This document shows, piece after piece, positions 55,302 to 64,000 of a DNA stretch of 64,000 nt. The translations under genes were made by a program, and so were the position numbers. Origin of the DNA: a virus; IMG/VR virus record IMGVR_UViG_3300030430_005376, positions 73,661 to 137,660 of that record; one strand, written 5' to 3'. Numbering within the stretch: the stretch's first letter is position 1; every line of letters starts with the position of its first letter. A model generated the notes under the pieces. It searched no databases, had not been told where the DNA came from, and saw only the letters and a list, made by a program, of their open reading frames with translations.

Positions 55302-58153
55302 CCTCCAAGTACAACAGTCCCTAAGTCTTTTACAGGTCCGCGTGTTCCAATCTTAGATATAGGAACCACATAATATCTTATTATGCCTACAGATGAACTT
55401 ATACTAGATAAGTATTCGTATCTTATAAATTTTCTATCATCAGACAAGTCAGTACTGTGTATTGCACCGTCAATAATAATCTTACCATTCTGATTTTCTT
55501 GCCTAAGAACTACATAAAAGTCAACAAAGTTGTCTGACTCTCCTACAGAAAAGTTTACACGAACAATGTTCTTAGGAATAGAATTTGCACCAGAAAGATC
55601 TGTATCTAAAGTTTTTACAAGAGTTAAGCTGCTTCTTCTGATGTTAAACTGATCAAAAATTGTTTCGGACTTTGAAGCAGAGACAATTTCATATTCTATA
55701 TCGCCTGTCACACCTTCTAAAAATAAATCATTTTTATTTTTTTCTACAAAAGATTTTCTACTAGAAATAGATCCTTTTCTTGTTGACGCGCTAGCATATT
55801 TTGTTCCAATACTTGAAACTTTTTGCTGATTCAAGATCTTTTGCTTCGAAACTAAAAGCTTATTTAAAGTAGATCTAGACCTATTTTTATTTTTTATCAG
55901 ATTTTCTAAAGTCGCAGATACCTTGTCAAGTATCTGAGCCGGTGGTATCAAGTAAGGCTCAATTTTGTATATTTGATCATTTGCAGCAGGTGCACTGTCA
56001 GTAAATTTCGCTTCATATGTCTTAGGTAAATCAGTGCTCGGTTGATCTTCTGTTGACTTTTGACTAAATGCTCTAAAAGAACCCACAAATACATAGTCGC
56101 CTGTAGTTGTATCAATTCTATGTACTCTAATTCCGTAATTTAGATTTGAGGCGTCTTTTATTTCCTTCAGGTCTTCTGAAAAAAGTTGTCGATTATCACC
56201 AAAAAGTGAGTTAAGAATTTTATCAACATCGTCTTCAAGTCTGTTTAAAGTTACATCAAAGCTAATTGTAGCAAAACTCTCTTCATCTGAGGTTGTGAAA
56301 CCTTCTGTTTCACTTTCAATTTCTAAGCTTATGAGCCCTTCTCTTTCTACATTCTTTTCAAGAAATCTACTTCCTGACTTTTGAGGAGATCCTGATTTGC
56401 CGTAGAGAATAACTGCATACTCGTATATCTGATCATTTTCTAGATCATCATCAAAAAATGTTAAAACTGGATCTGGATCGTTGGGGTCAAGAAAAGTTTT
56501 ATTATTTTCTACCAGCGTGTTGTTTGATAGAAATTTAACAATTTCAAAGTTATTACCTCTCATGCCTCTCGCTTTTCTCTTGACAGGTATAACGGCTGCA
56601 ACGTCTTCTGATAAGTTTGAAATAGTTATTTCTCCGCGTCCATCGATCATAGATACATACACAGCGCATGAAAGTTGATTTGATGCTGCTGCCATCCCAG
56701 AAACACCTGCAGATTTTGTGTTAGAAATTTCTCTATCTTCAAAGTTGGCAGTAACTCTCTGAAAGACTGATTTTGTTTTTGGTATTAGCGGATCACTTAT
56801 TGGGCCGTCTAGACCATCGACTAGCCGTTTTTTGTTTTTCCCTTGCACTTCGACTTCTCTTGCAAGATTAGAAAAATTTCTTCTTTTATAGTTGTTTGTT
56901 TTAGAAAATATTTTTTGATATACATTAAATTCACCTGATTCTAATTCTCTATTTGAAATCGAAGAAATAATCTGGCCCCTGTTAATTCTACTCATAGATA
57001 AATCAAAATCGATTGTAAAATTCTGCATGGTCTTAAAAAGCTGATTCAAGTTTATATTTTGACCGAAAGAGTCTATCTTAATACCATGCTGGTCATAGGC
57101 AAAAAATACAAGTCGAAGTGCACCATTACTAGACAATCTTCTGAGTCTTCTCATCGAAATCTCAAAAGTAGTTTTGTAAACTTCGTTTCTTCTAGACTCT
57201 TTTCTTTTAATTATTCTGATGTCATTAACATCAGGCGCTGATTCAACTTCTTCTTGTGCAGCTTTTCTAAATACTTCTCTCAATTTGTCATGAGGTCTTT
57301 TATCAATACTTGAAACACCCTTTATACTCTCTTGAAGAGAAGTGCTAACATCCTGATATTCGAATGAAGAAAGTGGGTCTTTTCCTATTTTTACTTTTTC
57401 AAAGTAAGCATTTTTAAAAGCTTTTGCAGATATGGACTCAACTGGAGGAACGTTTAAAACCGGAATGTTAACTTCTCTTTGTCTTCTGCGACCACTTCTT
57501 TTTCTTCTTGATCCAAACTGCCTTCTTCTTGAAACTTGAAAAACTTCTCTTTCTCCAAAAAGATCAATATCGTTTTGCACAACGCCCTGTATATTTTTAA
57601 TCTTAGAGGCACTCAAATTTTGATTAACACTTACCTTAGTTAAAAATTTTAGCTTTTCAAACCTAGAAGCGCTTACATCTTGGCTAATTTTGTTAATGTC
57701 AGTAACAACATTAATGTATCTTTTTTGTCTATTTGTGCTCTTACTTTTTTGTTTTTCTCTCTTTGCTGATCTTGATCTAGGCCCTCGAGATTTTTGAGAA
57801 TCTTTTTGCGCTGAAGCAACACCCCTGGTAGTTTGTAGCTGCTGTCCTGGAGTAAATTCTTCTCTTGAAGCTGCAGGAAGATCATGTTTAGCAAGTACGT
57901 TTTGTCTTATTTTAAGCGTGTTTAAAGAGACGTTACAAGAAAAAACTTTTATATCTGTTATTTCTTCTTCTAGTATCACTCTTTGATCAACAGGGCAGCT
58001 AATTTCGACTGTTACAAGCTCCTCAAATCTATTCTCTAGGGGTACTTTAGGACCTCTGCCTTTTTCAATTTTTCTTTTGCTAATTATTCTAGGTCGAGTG
58101 TCAAATCTGTTTGATCTGATAAATACTTTTTTATTTTTTACATTTGCTATCAT
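55298..58153 (-). CDS. Large hypothetical virion-associated protein, 951 aa
   Basis: ORF track; YEYAVILY and YYVVP Fn3-like strands; basic N-terminal third. Confidence 0.7.
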   Translation of the reverse strand: MIANVKNKKVFIRSNRFDTRPRIISKRKIEKGRGPKVPLENRFEELVTVEISCPVDQRVILEEEITDIKVFSCNVSLNTLKIRQNVLAKHDLPAASREEFTPGQQLQTTRGVASAQKDSQKSRGPRSRSAKREKQKSKSTNRQKRYINVVTDINKISQDVSASRFEKLKFLTKVSVNQNLSASKIKNIQGVVQNDIDLFGEREVFQVSRRRQFGSRRKRSGRRRQREVNIPVLNVPPVESISAKAFKNAYFEKVKIGKDPLSSFEYQDVSTSLQESIKGVSSIDKRPHDKLREVFRKAAQEEVESAPDVNDIRIIKRKESRRNEVYKTTFEISMRRLRRLSSNGALRLVFFAYDQHGIKIDSFGQNINLNQLFKTMQNFTIDFDLSMSRINRGQIISSISNRELESGEFNVYQKIFSKTNNYKRRNFSNLAREVEVQGKNKKRLVDGLDGPISDPLIPKTKSVFQRVTANFEDREISNTKSAGVSGMAAASNQLSCAVYVSMIDGRGEITISNLSEDVAAVIPVKRKARGMRGNNFEIVKFLSNNTLVENNKTFLDPNDPDPVLTFFDDDLENDQIYEYAVILYGKSGSPQKSGSRFLEKNVEREGLISLEIESETEGFTTSDEESFATISFDVTLNRLEDDVDKILNSLFGDNRQLFSEDLKEIKDASNLNYGIRVHRIDTTTGDYVFVGSFRAFSQKSTEDQPSTDLPKTYEAKFTDSAPAANDQIYKIEPYLIPPAQILDKVSATLENLIKNKNRSRSTLNKLLVSKQKILNQQKVSSIGTKYASASTRKGSISSRKSFVEKNKNDLFLEGVTGDIEYEIVSASKSETIFDQFNIRRSSLTLVKTLDTDLSGANSIPKNIVRVNFSVGESDNFVDFYVVLRQENQNGKIIIDGAIHSTDLSDDRKFIRYEYLSSISSSVGIIRYYVVPISKIGTRGPVKDLGTVVLGG

Positions 58154-58156
58154 TTT

Positions 58157-59215
58157 TTACTCTAAGACTATCGTAAACAAATTAATAAAAGTTGGCACGT
58201 TTAAGTCGTCCATGTAAATTTTGCCTGCGTAAAATATTCTTTTTTCAGGGTACATTTGACTCTTATTGTCGTGAAAAGAGCCTGCGTCAATCAAATCAAG
58301 TTTTAGCATTTTTGATTTAGGTCCGTCTTCAAATATCTGCATGATCAGATTGTTTTGATCTGAAGTTTTATCAAAATATACTGTCTTAAATTGCCTAATG
58401 TCTCTAGTCCCGCGTGGCGGTCGTTTACTTTTTCTATTGATCACATCGAAATCACCGACTTTATCTGTTCTAAAACCTGAAGTCGACCTCCTTCTTCTTG
58501 TCCCATCTTGTGGCGCTGAATCTTCAAATCCTTCTGGACCTAATTGATCCTTAATCTGATCTAGTGTTTCTCTCTTTAGACTTCTAATATCTTCAAAAAC
58601 TCCGTACGGTGAGCCGTCCATGTTTACTGGAGGTAAAAAGTCAAAAGCGCCTAAATGAGTTAGTTTTGAGTCCAAGAAAAAAGGTTCCGCGTCGTTAACA
58701 TTGATTGTTTCCTTTTCTGGTCCTCGTTTAAAAGGTACGCTGTTTGATATCGCAAAATTTATTCTCTCAGTACTTAGCTCAAATTCGTTACCGTCTCTCT
58801 CAAAAGTGCTTAAAACTTGCTGTGCCCCAAAATGCTCTGTAAATGACTGCATTATTGATGTCGAGGTAGAAGTGAAAGCAGAGCCTGTCACTGCTTTTAA
58901 TTTCAGTTTATTTGTAGAAGTGGCGTCCTTGTCAAATATGTCATTGCCAACAATGCTTCCTGTGGGTGAAAAGTTAAACTCTATTAATTTACCACTATCA
59001 TCTTTTTCTAAAACAATGACATTGTTAGGCGAATCCATTACCTGAAAGTAAATTCTATTAGACACTTCATCGACTTCAGACTTGTCGTAAAACACTTGAG
59101 AATCACTTAAAGAAGCATACTCAGCTCTCAGCTTTCCTGACGCTATTTGCCTCTTACCTTCTTGTGTGACTATTAAGTCAATGAAGCGAGTCTTACTATC
59201 TAATATTCCTGCCAT
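58157..59215 (-). CDS. Probable baseplate protein, paralogous N-terminus to 48292 gene
   Basis: GILDSKTRFIDLIVTQEGKRQIA...SDSQVFY. Confidence 0.55.
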   Translation of the reverse strand: MAGILDSKTRFIDLIVTQEGKRQIASGKLRAEYASLSDSQVFYDKSEVDEVSNRIYFQVMDSPNNVIVLEKDDSGKLIEFNFSPTGSIVGNDIFDKDATSTNKLKLKAVTGSAFTSTSTSIMQSFTEHFGAQQVLSTFERDGNEFELSTERINFAISNSVPFKRGPEKETINVNDAEPFFLDSKLTHLGAFDFLPPVNMDGSPYGVFEDIRSLKRETLDQIKDQLGPEGFEDSAPQDGTRRRRSTSGFRTDKVGDFDVINRKSKRPPRGTRDIRQFKTVYFDKTSDQNNLIMQIFEDGPKSKMLKLDLIDAGSFHDNKSQMYPEKRIFYAGKIYMDDLNVPTFINLFTIVLE

Positions 59216-59309
59216 TTTTCCTCTCTAATAAGTATCTTCATTAAAAATTTATTTTTAAATAGTTTAAATTGAACTGGCTTGCATCTTTCAAGAGGCAGCT
59301 ATAAATTGA

Positions 59310-62300
59310 TTAAGTGTCTTCGTTGACTGCCAAAGACGGGTCAGTAAATGGAGATGTTAGCTCAGAAGTTTGCGTTTTGTTTTGAGATAGCTCAGGAGGT
59401 TTGGGCACGTAAGTTTTTACTCCAATTGAGTCATCATTTGTACCGCTAACAAAATTTATTCGGATAGGTGCTTGGAGTGCAGACCCCCGGGCTTCTCGTC
59501 TAAGTCGGCCTTTTCCTGTTGCAAATTTTGAATCTTTGCCCTGGTCAATGAAGTCAATAAAGTTTCCGTATTTTTTTGAACTAAAGTAGTACCTGGGGGA
59601 CAAACCTCCTCTCTGTGCTTGCATCAAGCCAAAAGTTGAATTTTCGTCGAAGAAAGCGCCTGCCGAACCCGTACTATCTGTAAAAACTCTTAACTCGTCT
59701 GTTAAGCGTACATCTCTAGAAAATGTGTTTCCCAAAATAACTTCCCCATCCGCGCCTTCAGTAAAATCTTCAGTTTCGATTGCAAAAGTTCCACCTGGTT
59801 GGCTTAAAGTAATTGGCAAATTACCTGCGGTTCCGCCGTGTTTTTGAGTTACTCTTAAACTGATGCTGTACACATTACCAAATCTAAGATTTACAGTTAC
59901 GGCACCTGAGCTTGGTATCGTTTCAAAAAAGCCGCTAGAGTTAATAGAAGCTATTAGAAAAAAGATTGTAGCTACTGCGTCGTTGTAAGTTGTGGCTGTC
60001 CCTACGACCCGAAACCTGGTTGAGTCTGTTGTTGTAGCATGTGCTGTGAAAGTTTTGATACTGGTAGACCCGTCGGCGAGGAGAGCTGTTATTTTGATCT
60101 GGTCACCTACTTCAATCCCACCTGTCTTGCCGTCGGATCGATAAGTCGTTCTAAATTTAATGAATCCACGTGCAGCTCCAGGGTCGCCTAAAATTGTTTC
60201 TTGTTTACTTAAAGTTTCACTTCCAATTCTTAACGAGGGTGTGATTGCTTCACTAGACACTCTAGTGTCGTAAAAATTACCAACATTTTCACCCATTCTA
60301 GATACTGCAAATTGATCGACTAGAGGTTCAGCGCCTATGATCTCGTGAACAGAATCAGATGATAAATTTTGATTAGGGCCTTCATGAAACTCTGCATTGT
60401 CCTTAATTAGTGAACCGATTAGACGAAGTTTTGACTTACCGAAAGGTGTCATCGTGTTGAAAAAGTTGTCACTTTTACCCGGGGCAGCATCTAAGATTTC
60501 TGAGGTCATGGGGTACTGCCAGCCGAATACAATCTCATCATCTGGCATAATTATGTAAGGCGAAGCTGTGTCTATAAATCGAGCATCTGTGGGTGATACA
60601 AGTATTGGTTTCCCGCCGGTTGCTGAAGTGTAATGATCAAGTTCTTCACCTTTCTGTGTTGAGCCAAAACCATTAACGATTGATCTATTAGTAGAAGATA
60701 CAGATCCATCTCCTCTGCCTCCCATCGTATTGTTTAAAGAAAGAAATGCTAAGTTTCTTCGAGTTGGGCCGTGCGTGTATGAAACTGCCAACCTTGTAAA
60801 CGAGAGCCTATCAATTCTTGGAGACAAACGACAAGGAAAGTTCATCACAAAGCTACCTGTGAGAGAGCTAAGTTGAGAATTTGCAACATTAAAAGATGTC
60901 TGTCCTGTCGCCTTGAGAACATCAACGTTTAAGTCTCTACCAATACCGTTGTCTATTATTTCATCAATATTAACTTGAGCATTTGTGTCTCCACGACCCT
61001 CAGTGTTAGTTGCAGCTGTGTTAGCTACGCCGCTAACAAAGAGCGTCATTTGACCGTAAGTAACTAACTCTCTTGTTTTTTCTACAACTGAAAATTCTGA
61101 TCCTGTTGAAAGAAGAACTTGATTGTCAGGAATAGAAATTGATTGCTGAAAAGGAATTTCACTTTGATTAGCAAAAATTTCAGAATTTATGATTGTTTCA
61201 AATTTGTCTTCACACTGCTTGAGAATAAAAAAAGTTGGAATATAAACTTTTTGATTATCACAGTTAGTGTGCCCAGACGGGTTAGTGCCATCATTTCTAG
61301 CAGCTCTTAATGAATATGCTCTAGAACCTGAATCGAACTGATTTGATGCAAACTCAAATTTAGAACTAAAATCTAAAGAACATTTTTCAAGCAAAAAAGG
61401 TTTCGTGATTCCTACATCTCTTGCTCTGATAAATTGACTTGAAGTTGCCTCATATTTGCCTTGAAACGGAAATCCAAAAGTAGAAGTAGGTCTGACGTAT
61501 GATAAGAGAGTATCCTGATTAACAGTATTTTGATTTGTAAGTGTTGCGTCGGAGCCAGTTGACACCATACCTATAGAAGAAAAACCTAAAGCGCCGCTAC
61601 TAACCATCTGAGTTAGTGATGGGTTGACACTTGTTGTTGAAGTGTCTGTTAATCCGAGCGCACCATTTCCACAAACACCGTTTGCAATCTTTTCCCACCT
61701 TTTAATATCGTTGTTCCAATAGACCATTAGCATTTGTTTGACGTCAACGTTGTCTTCTATTCTTGGTCCGCGCTCGTCTTCATCAGGGCCAATGTTGTCG
61801 TTAGTTGCTGGCGTGTTCATTCCAAAAGTTGTCTCAGAGTTTGGAGATAGATCTACTTCGAAAATAGTCTTACTAGAAACCGGAGCGCTAAATCCCGGAA
61901 TGATTTCAGGATCAACACCCTGGTCAAAGAAAACGCTTGAAGGATTAGTAAATACCACACTCTCGTCAAAAGGTGAGACATCTTCGCCAGGTGTAAAAGT
62001 TAAGTGAGTGTCACTTATGCCTGATATGCTTCTACCTGGCCCTACCAATTCTGGAACAATATGAGGAGAATTGACAGATGATGATAGTATTTTTTTCCCA
62101 ACAACGGTGTTCGCATCTACACCTAAAGGATAAGTAATATTGTCTGACTTGTGATAGTCAATCTGCATTTCACTTATTGCCCAAACTGATTCGCTGGCAT
62201 CACTAATGCTGTCTTGAACTACTCGCAAATAGAAAGGATCCATGCCTCCTGGAAAATCGCTTGGGTGGAGATTTACCTCAATAACCTTTCTTTTTGGGAA

Positions 62301-63743
62301 CCGAGGACTGTCAAAATTTCTTACAAAAAGCTGACTCAAAATATTAGCTTCATCGTTCTGTATCGTCTTGATAGTAATCGGGCTGGTAAAGTCTTGATTT
62401 GTGTCAATTTGGATCTTTAAGACGTCAGTCACTTTACCTAATGAGAGCCCTAAGCCAAACTTAAGTATAGTTCTGTCCTCGTTGTAGGGCCCTTTAATTA
62501 TTTTAAGTCTAACTCTTGGGTTTTTAATCTTTTCTTTTGTTCTAACCCATCTTATACCCCGCGCCAGCCTCCCGGGTGAAGAAAAGACAAGTGCTGTAGG
62601 TGCTTTCTCGTTTTTACTGCTAACAATCTCAGTTCTTATCTGCATACCTGAAGAAAAATCTAGACCTAACCTGGGTACACTTGTTGAAGCACCCACTGCT
62701 TCAAAACCAAAGAATCCGTTGCCAGCTCGATTTTTTAGTTCAAAAACTTCTCTAATTCTTCTACCAAAATTTATGACATTGTTGTCGCTGAAAGACACGT
62801 TATAGTTGCCTTTTCTGTCTCTGTCTCCTGCTCTAAGAACAGTTGGGTAGGATCCAGTTGCATTATCTCTCTCGCGAAGTAATAGTCTGGGAGGTGTAGA
62901 AAGTGTTCCCGACCCCCTTCTTGAAAAGCCGTGTTCAGCTTCGTAAAGTGCTCTAATTTCTTCACTTGAGAGAATTGAACTCCACACAGCAACGTCTGCC
63001 AACTGCCCTGAAAAAGTCCTAGTCCCAGCGCTATTGTTGCCTATATGGCATGTTTCTGAGCTTATCCCTTGAAAATTACCAGTTGGCGTTTCATACTCTA
63101 CTAATAGAGACTCAACACCGTTAATGTACATAACAGGATCGTTAGATGGAGAGTTCGCATCGAATGTCACAGCAACATGAGACCACTCGTTTAGACTTAT
63201 GCTTGACCGAGTATACCATGTACCTTGGTCAGCGCCGGTGAAGATCGAGCCGAATTTGATTGAAAAAAGAACTCTGACGGTGCCGTTAAACGTCCCTACA
63301 AACATTGCAACGTCTTGATCGCCGAAATCTAAAATTCTTCCAAAATTATTATGCCCATCACTAAACGGTCTTATCCAAGAACTAAATGTCATTTTTTCTT
63401 GACTGCCAGTTCCGTTGCCAATAATCACATCCCACTCTGAAGCTGTTCCTATTTGTACAGAATCGTTTTCACCGGTATCACCGTCAAACTCAGCGCTTGC
63501 GTCTTGTATAAATCTGCTAGGCGTTACTCCATCTTTGAAACTAGGTCTTTCATCGGGAGCATTAAAATCTCCTGTTCTGCCGTTTCCACTACTATCAGTA
63601 ACAGTTCCTGCGCTAGACACGTTTTCGTTAAATCGCCACCAACCTACCAGTGACCCGACACTTTTGTAAACATTACCTGTTCTACTACTAAATTCTCTAT
63701 TTAGAGAGTAAATTATACTTTCATCTGGTATCAATCTTGGCAT
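59310..63743 (-). CDS. Large LamG/concanavalin-like domain virion protein (possible receptor-binding/baseplate)
   Basis: GWWRFNE, DSSGNG, FSSWI, WSHVAVTFD, YING, ADVAVWS, EEIRALY. Confidence 0.8.
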   Translation of the reverse strand: MPRLIPDESIIYSLNREFSSRTGNVYKSVGSLVGWWRFNENVSSAGTVTDSSGNGRTGDFNAPDERPSFKDGVTPSRFIQDASAEFDGDTGENDSVQIGTASEWDVIIGNGTGSQEKMTFSSWIRPFSDGHNNFGRILDFGDQDVAMFVGTFNGTVRVLFSIKFGSIFTGADQGTWYTRSSISLNEWSHVAVTFDANSPSNDPVMYINGVESLLVEYETPTGNFQGISSETCHIGNNSAGTRTFSGQLADVAVWSSILSSEEIRALYEAEHGFSRRGSGTLSTPPRLLLRERDNATGSYPTVLRAGDRDRKGNYNVSFSDNNVINFGRRIREVFELKNRAGNGFFGFEAVGASTSVPRLGLDFSSGMQIRTEIVSSKNEKAPTALVFSSPGRLARGIRWVRTKEKIKNPRVRLKIIKGPYNEDRTILKFGLGLSLGKVTDVLKIQIDTNQDFTSPITIKTIQNDEANILSQLFVRNFDSPRFPKRKVIEVNLHPSDFPGGMDPFYLRVVQDSISDASESVWAISEMQIDYHKSDNITYPLGVDANTVVGKKILSSSVNSPHIVPELVGPGRSISGISDTHLTFTPGEDVSPFDESVVFTNPSSVFFDQGVDPEIIPGFSAPVSSKTIFEVDLSPNSETTFGMNTPATNDNIGPDEDERGPRIEDNVDVKQMLMVYWNNDIKRWEKIANGVCGNGALGLTDTSTTSVNPSLTQMVSSGALGFSSIGMVSTGSDATLTNQNTVNQDTLLSYVRPTSTFGFPFQGKYEATSSQFIRARDVGITKPFLLEKCSLDFSSKFEFASNQFDSGSRAYSLRAARNDGTNPSGHTNCDNQKVYIPTFFILKQCEDKFETIINSEIFANQSEIPFQQSISIPDNQVLLSTGSEFSVVEKTRELVTYGQMTLFVSGVANTAATNTEGRGDTNAQVNIDEIIDNGIGRDLNVDVLKATGQTSFNVANSQLSSLTGSFVMNFPCRLSPRIDRLSFTRLAVSYTHGPTRRNLAFLSLNNTMGGRGDGSVSSTNRSIVNGFGSTQKGEELDHYTSATGGKPILVSPTDARFIDTASPYIIMPDDEIVFGWQYPMTSEILDAAPGKSDNFFNTMTPFGKSKLRLIGSLIKDNAEFHEGPNQNLSSDSVHEIIGAEPLVDQFAVSRMGENVGNFYDTRVSSEAITPSLRIGSETLSKQETILGDPGAARGFIKFRTTYRSDGKTGGIEVGDQIKITALLADGSTSIKTFTAHATTTDSTRFRVVGTATTYNDAVATIFFLIASINSSGFFETIPSSGAVTVNLRFGNVYSISLRVTQKHGGTAGNLPITLSQPGGTFAIETEDFTEGADGEVILGNTFSRDVRLTDELRVFTDSTGSAGAFFDENSTFGLMQAQRGGLSPRYYFSSKKYGNFIDFIDQGKDSKFATGKGRLRREARGSALQAPIRINFVSGTNDDSIGVKTYVPKPPELSQNKTQTSELTSPFTDPSLAVNEDT

Positions 63744-63751
63744 GTTTTTTC

Positions 63752-64000
63752 CTAGCTTCTACTCATTCCTAAGAATGCAATTGAATCTGTCCCGGCGTTT
63801 ATGAAACTACCGCTAGCGATTATAACATAATTAGGCGAACCAATAAAACCGGCATTTGCTGATCTAGATCTTGTGCCTAACTCTGGAATAGAATCTTCTG
63901 AGTTTATAGCTCCGATGTAGCTAGATCCCAAAAATTGTCTTAGATGTTGCTGAAATTTGACACCTGAGTTTTTTATGTCTTCAGTATACGGAGACATTCT
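63752..64000 (-). CDS. C-terminal part of a virion protein, probably 5'-truncated by window edge
   Basis: Frame is open to 64000; ends GTDSIAFLGMSRS. Confidence 0.55.
   Translation of the reverse strand, partial: RMSPYTEDIKNSGVKFQQHLRQFLGSSYIGAINSEDSIPELGTRSRSANAGFIGSPNYVIIASGSFINAGTDSIAFLGMSRS

Noticed and set aside
59276-59300. Possible hairpin downstream of the LamG gene
   Set aside because: The stem is mismatched and there is no adjacent U-tract
23-63669. Many plus-strand and nested ORFs in the track (e.g. 23..223, 3371..3604, 8061..8534, 10617..11120, 26370..26957, 36312..36731, 54919..55356)
   Set aside because: They are antisense or alternate-frame shadows of long, motif-supported minus-strand genes and have no recognisable protein features
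1-64000. Stop-codon reassignment as in some jumbo phages
   Set aside because: Core genes are full length in the standard code and end in TAA, TAG and TGA
1-64000. tRNA, rRNA, CRISPR arrays, introns, inteins, IS elements
   Set aside because: Intergenic gaps are short and none shows a cloverleaf or repeat-spacer pattern; no intein or homing-endonuclease motifs noticed in terminase, primase, portal or MCP

Overview
A 64-kb segment of a large, AT-rich, T4-like (contractile-tailed, probably jumbo) bacteriophage genome that uses the standard genetic code. Nearly every gene is on the minus strand. Reading in gene direction (right to left): large baseplate/virion proteins, some with LamG domains (44.7-64 kb); a RuvC-like resolvase, DNA primase, PAP2 phosphatase, MoxR-VWA pair and fused Mre11-Rad50 (SbcD-SbcC) gene; the head module (terminase large subunit, portal, prohead protease, scaffold, major capsid protein); dUTPase and small accessory genes; a cassette of UPF0489-like, SpeD, SpeE, hypothetical, ATE/Bpt-like and Ntn-hydrolase genes; then neck, two tail sheaths, tail tube, tail chaperone and tape measure. 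Most notable: (1) a family of unrelated proteins sharing an N-terminal leader ending in the T4-type prohead-protease site (I/L)-x-E, including an Ntn hydrolase whose catalytic Cys would be unmasked by that cleavage; (2) the polyamine/aminoacyl-transferase cassette; (3) a probable programmed frameshift in the tail chaperone; (4) hairpins that hide start sites and overlap a putative late-promoter motif (A/C)TANTTA. Assignments rest on motif recognition and gene order only; no database search was run.
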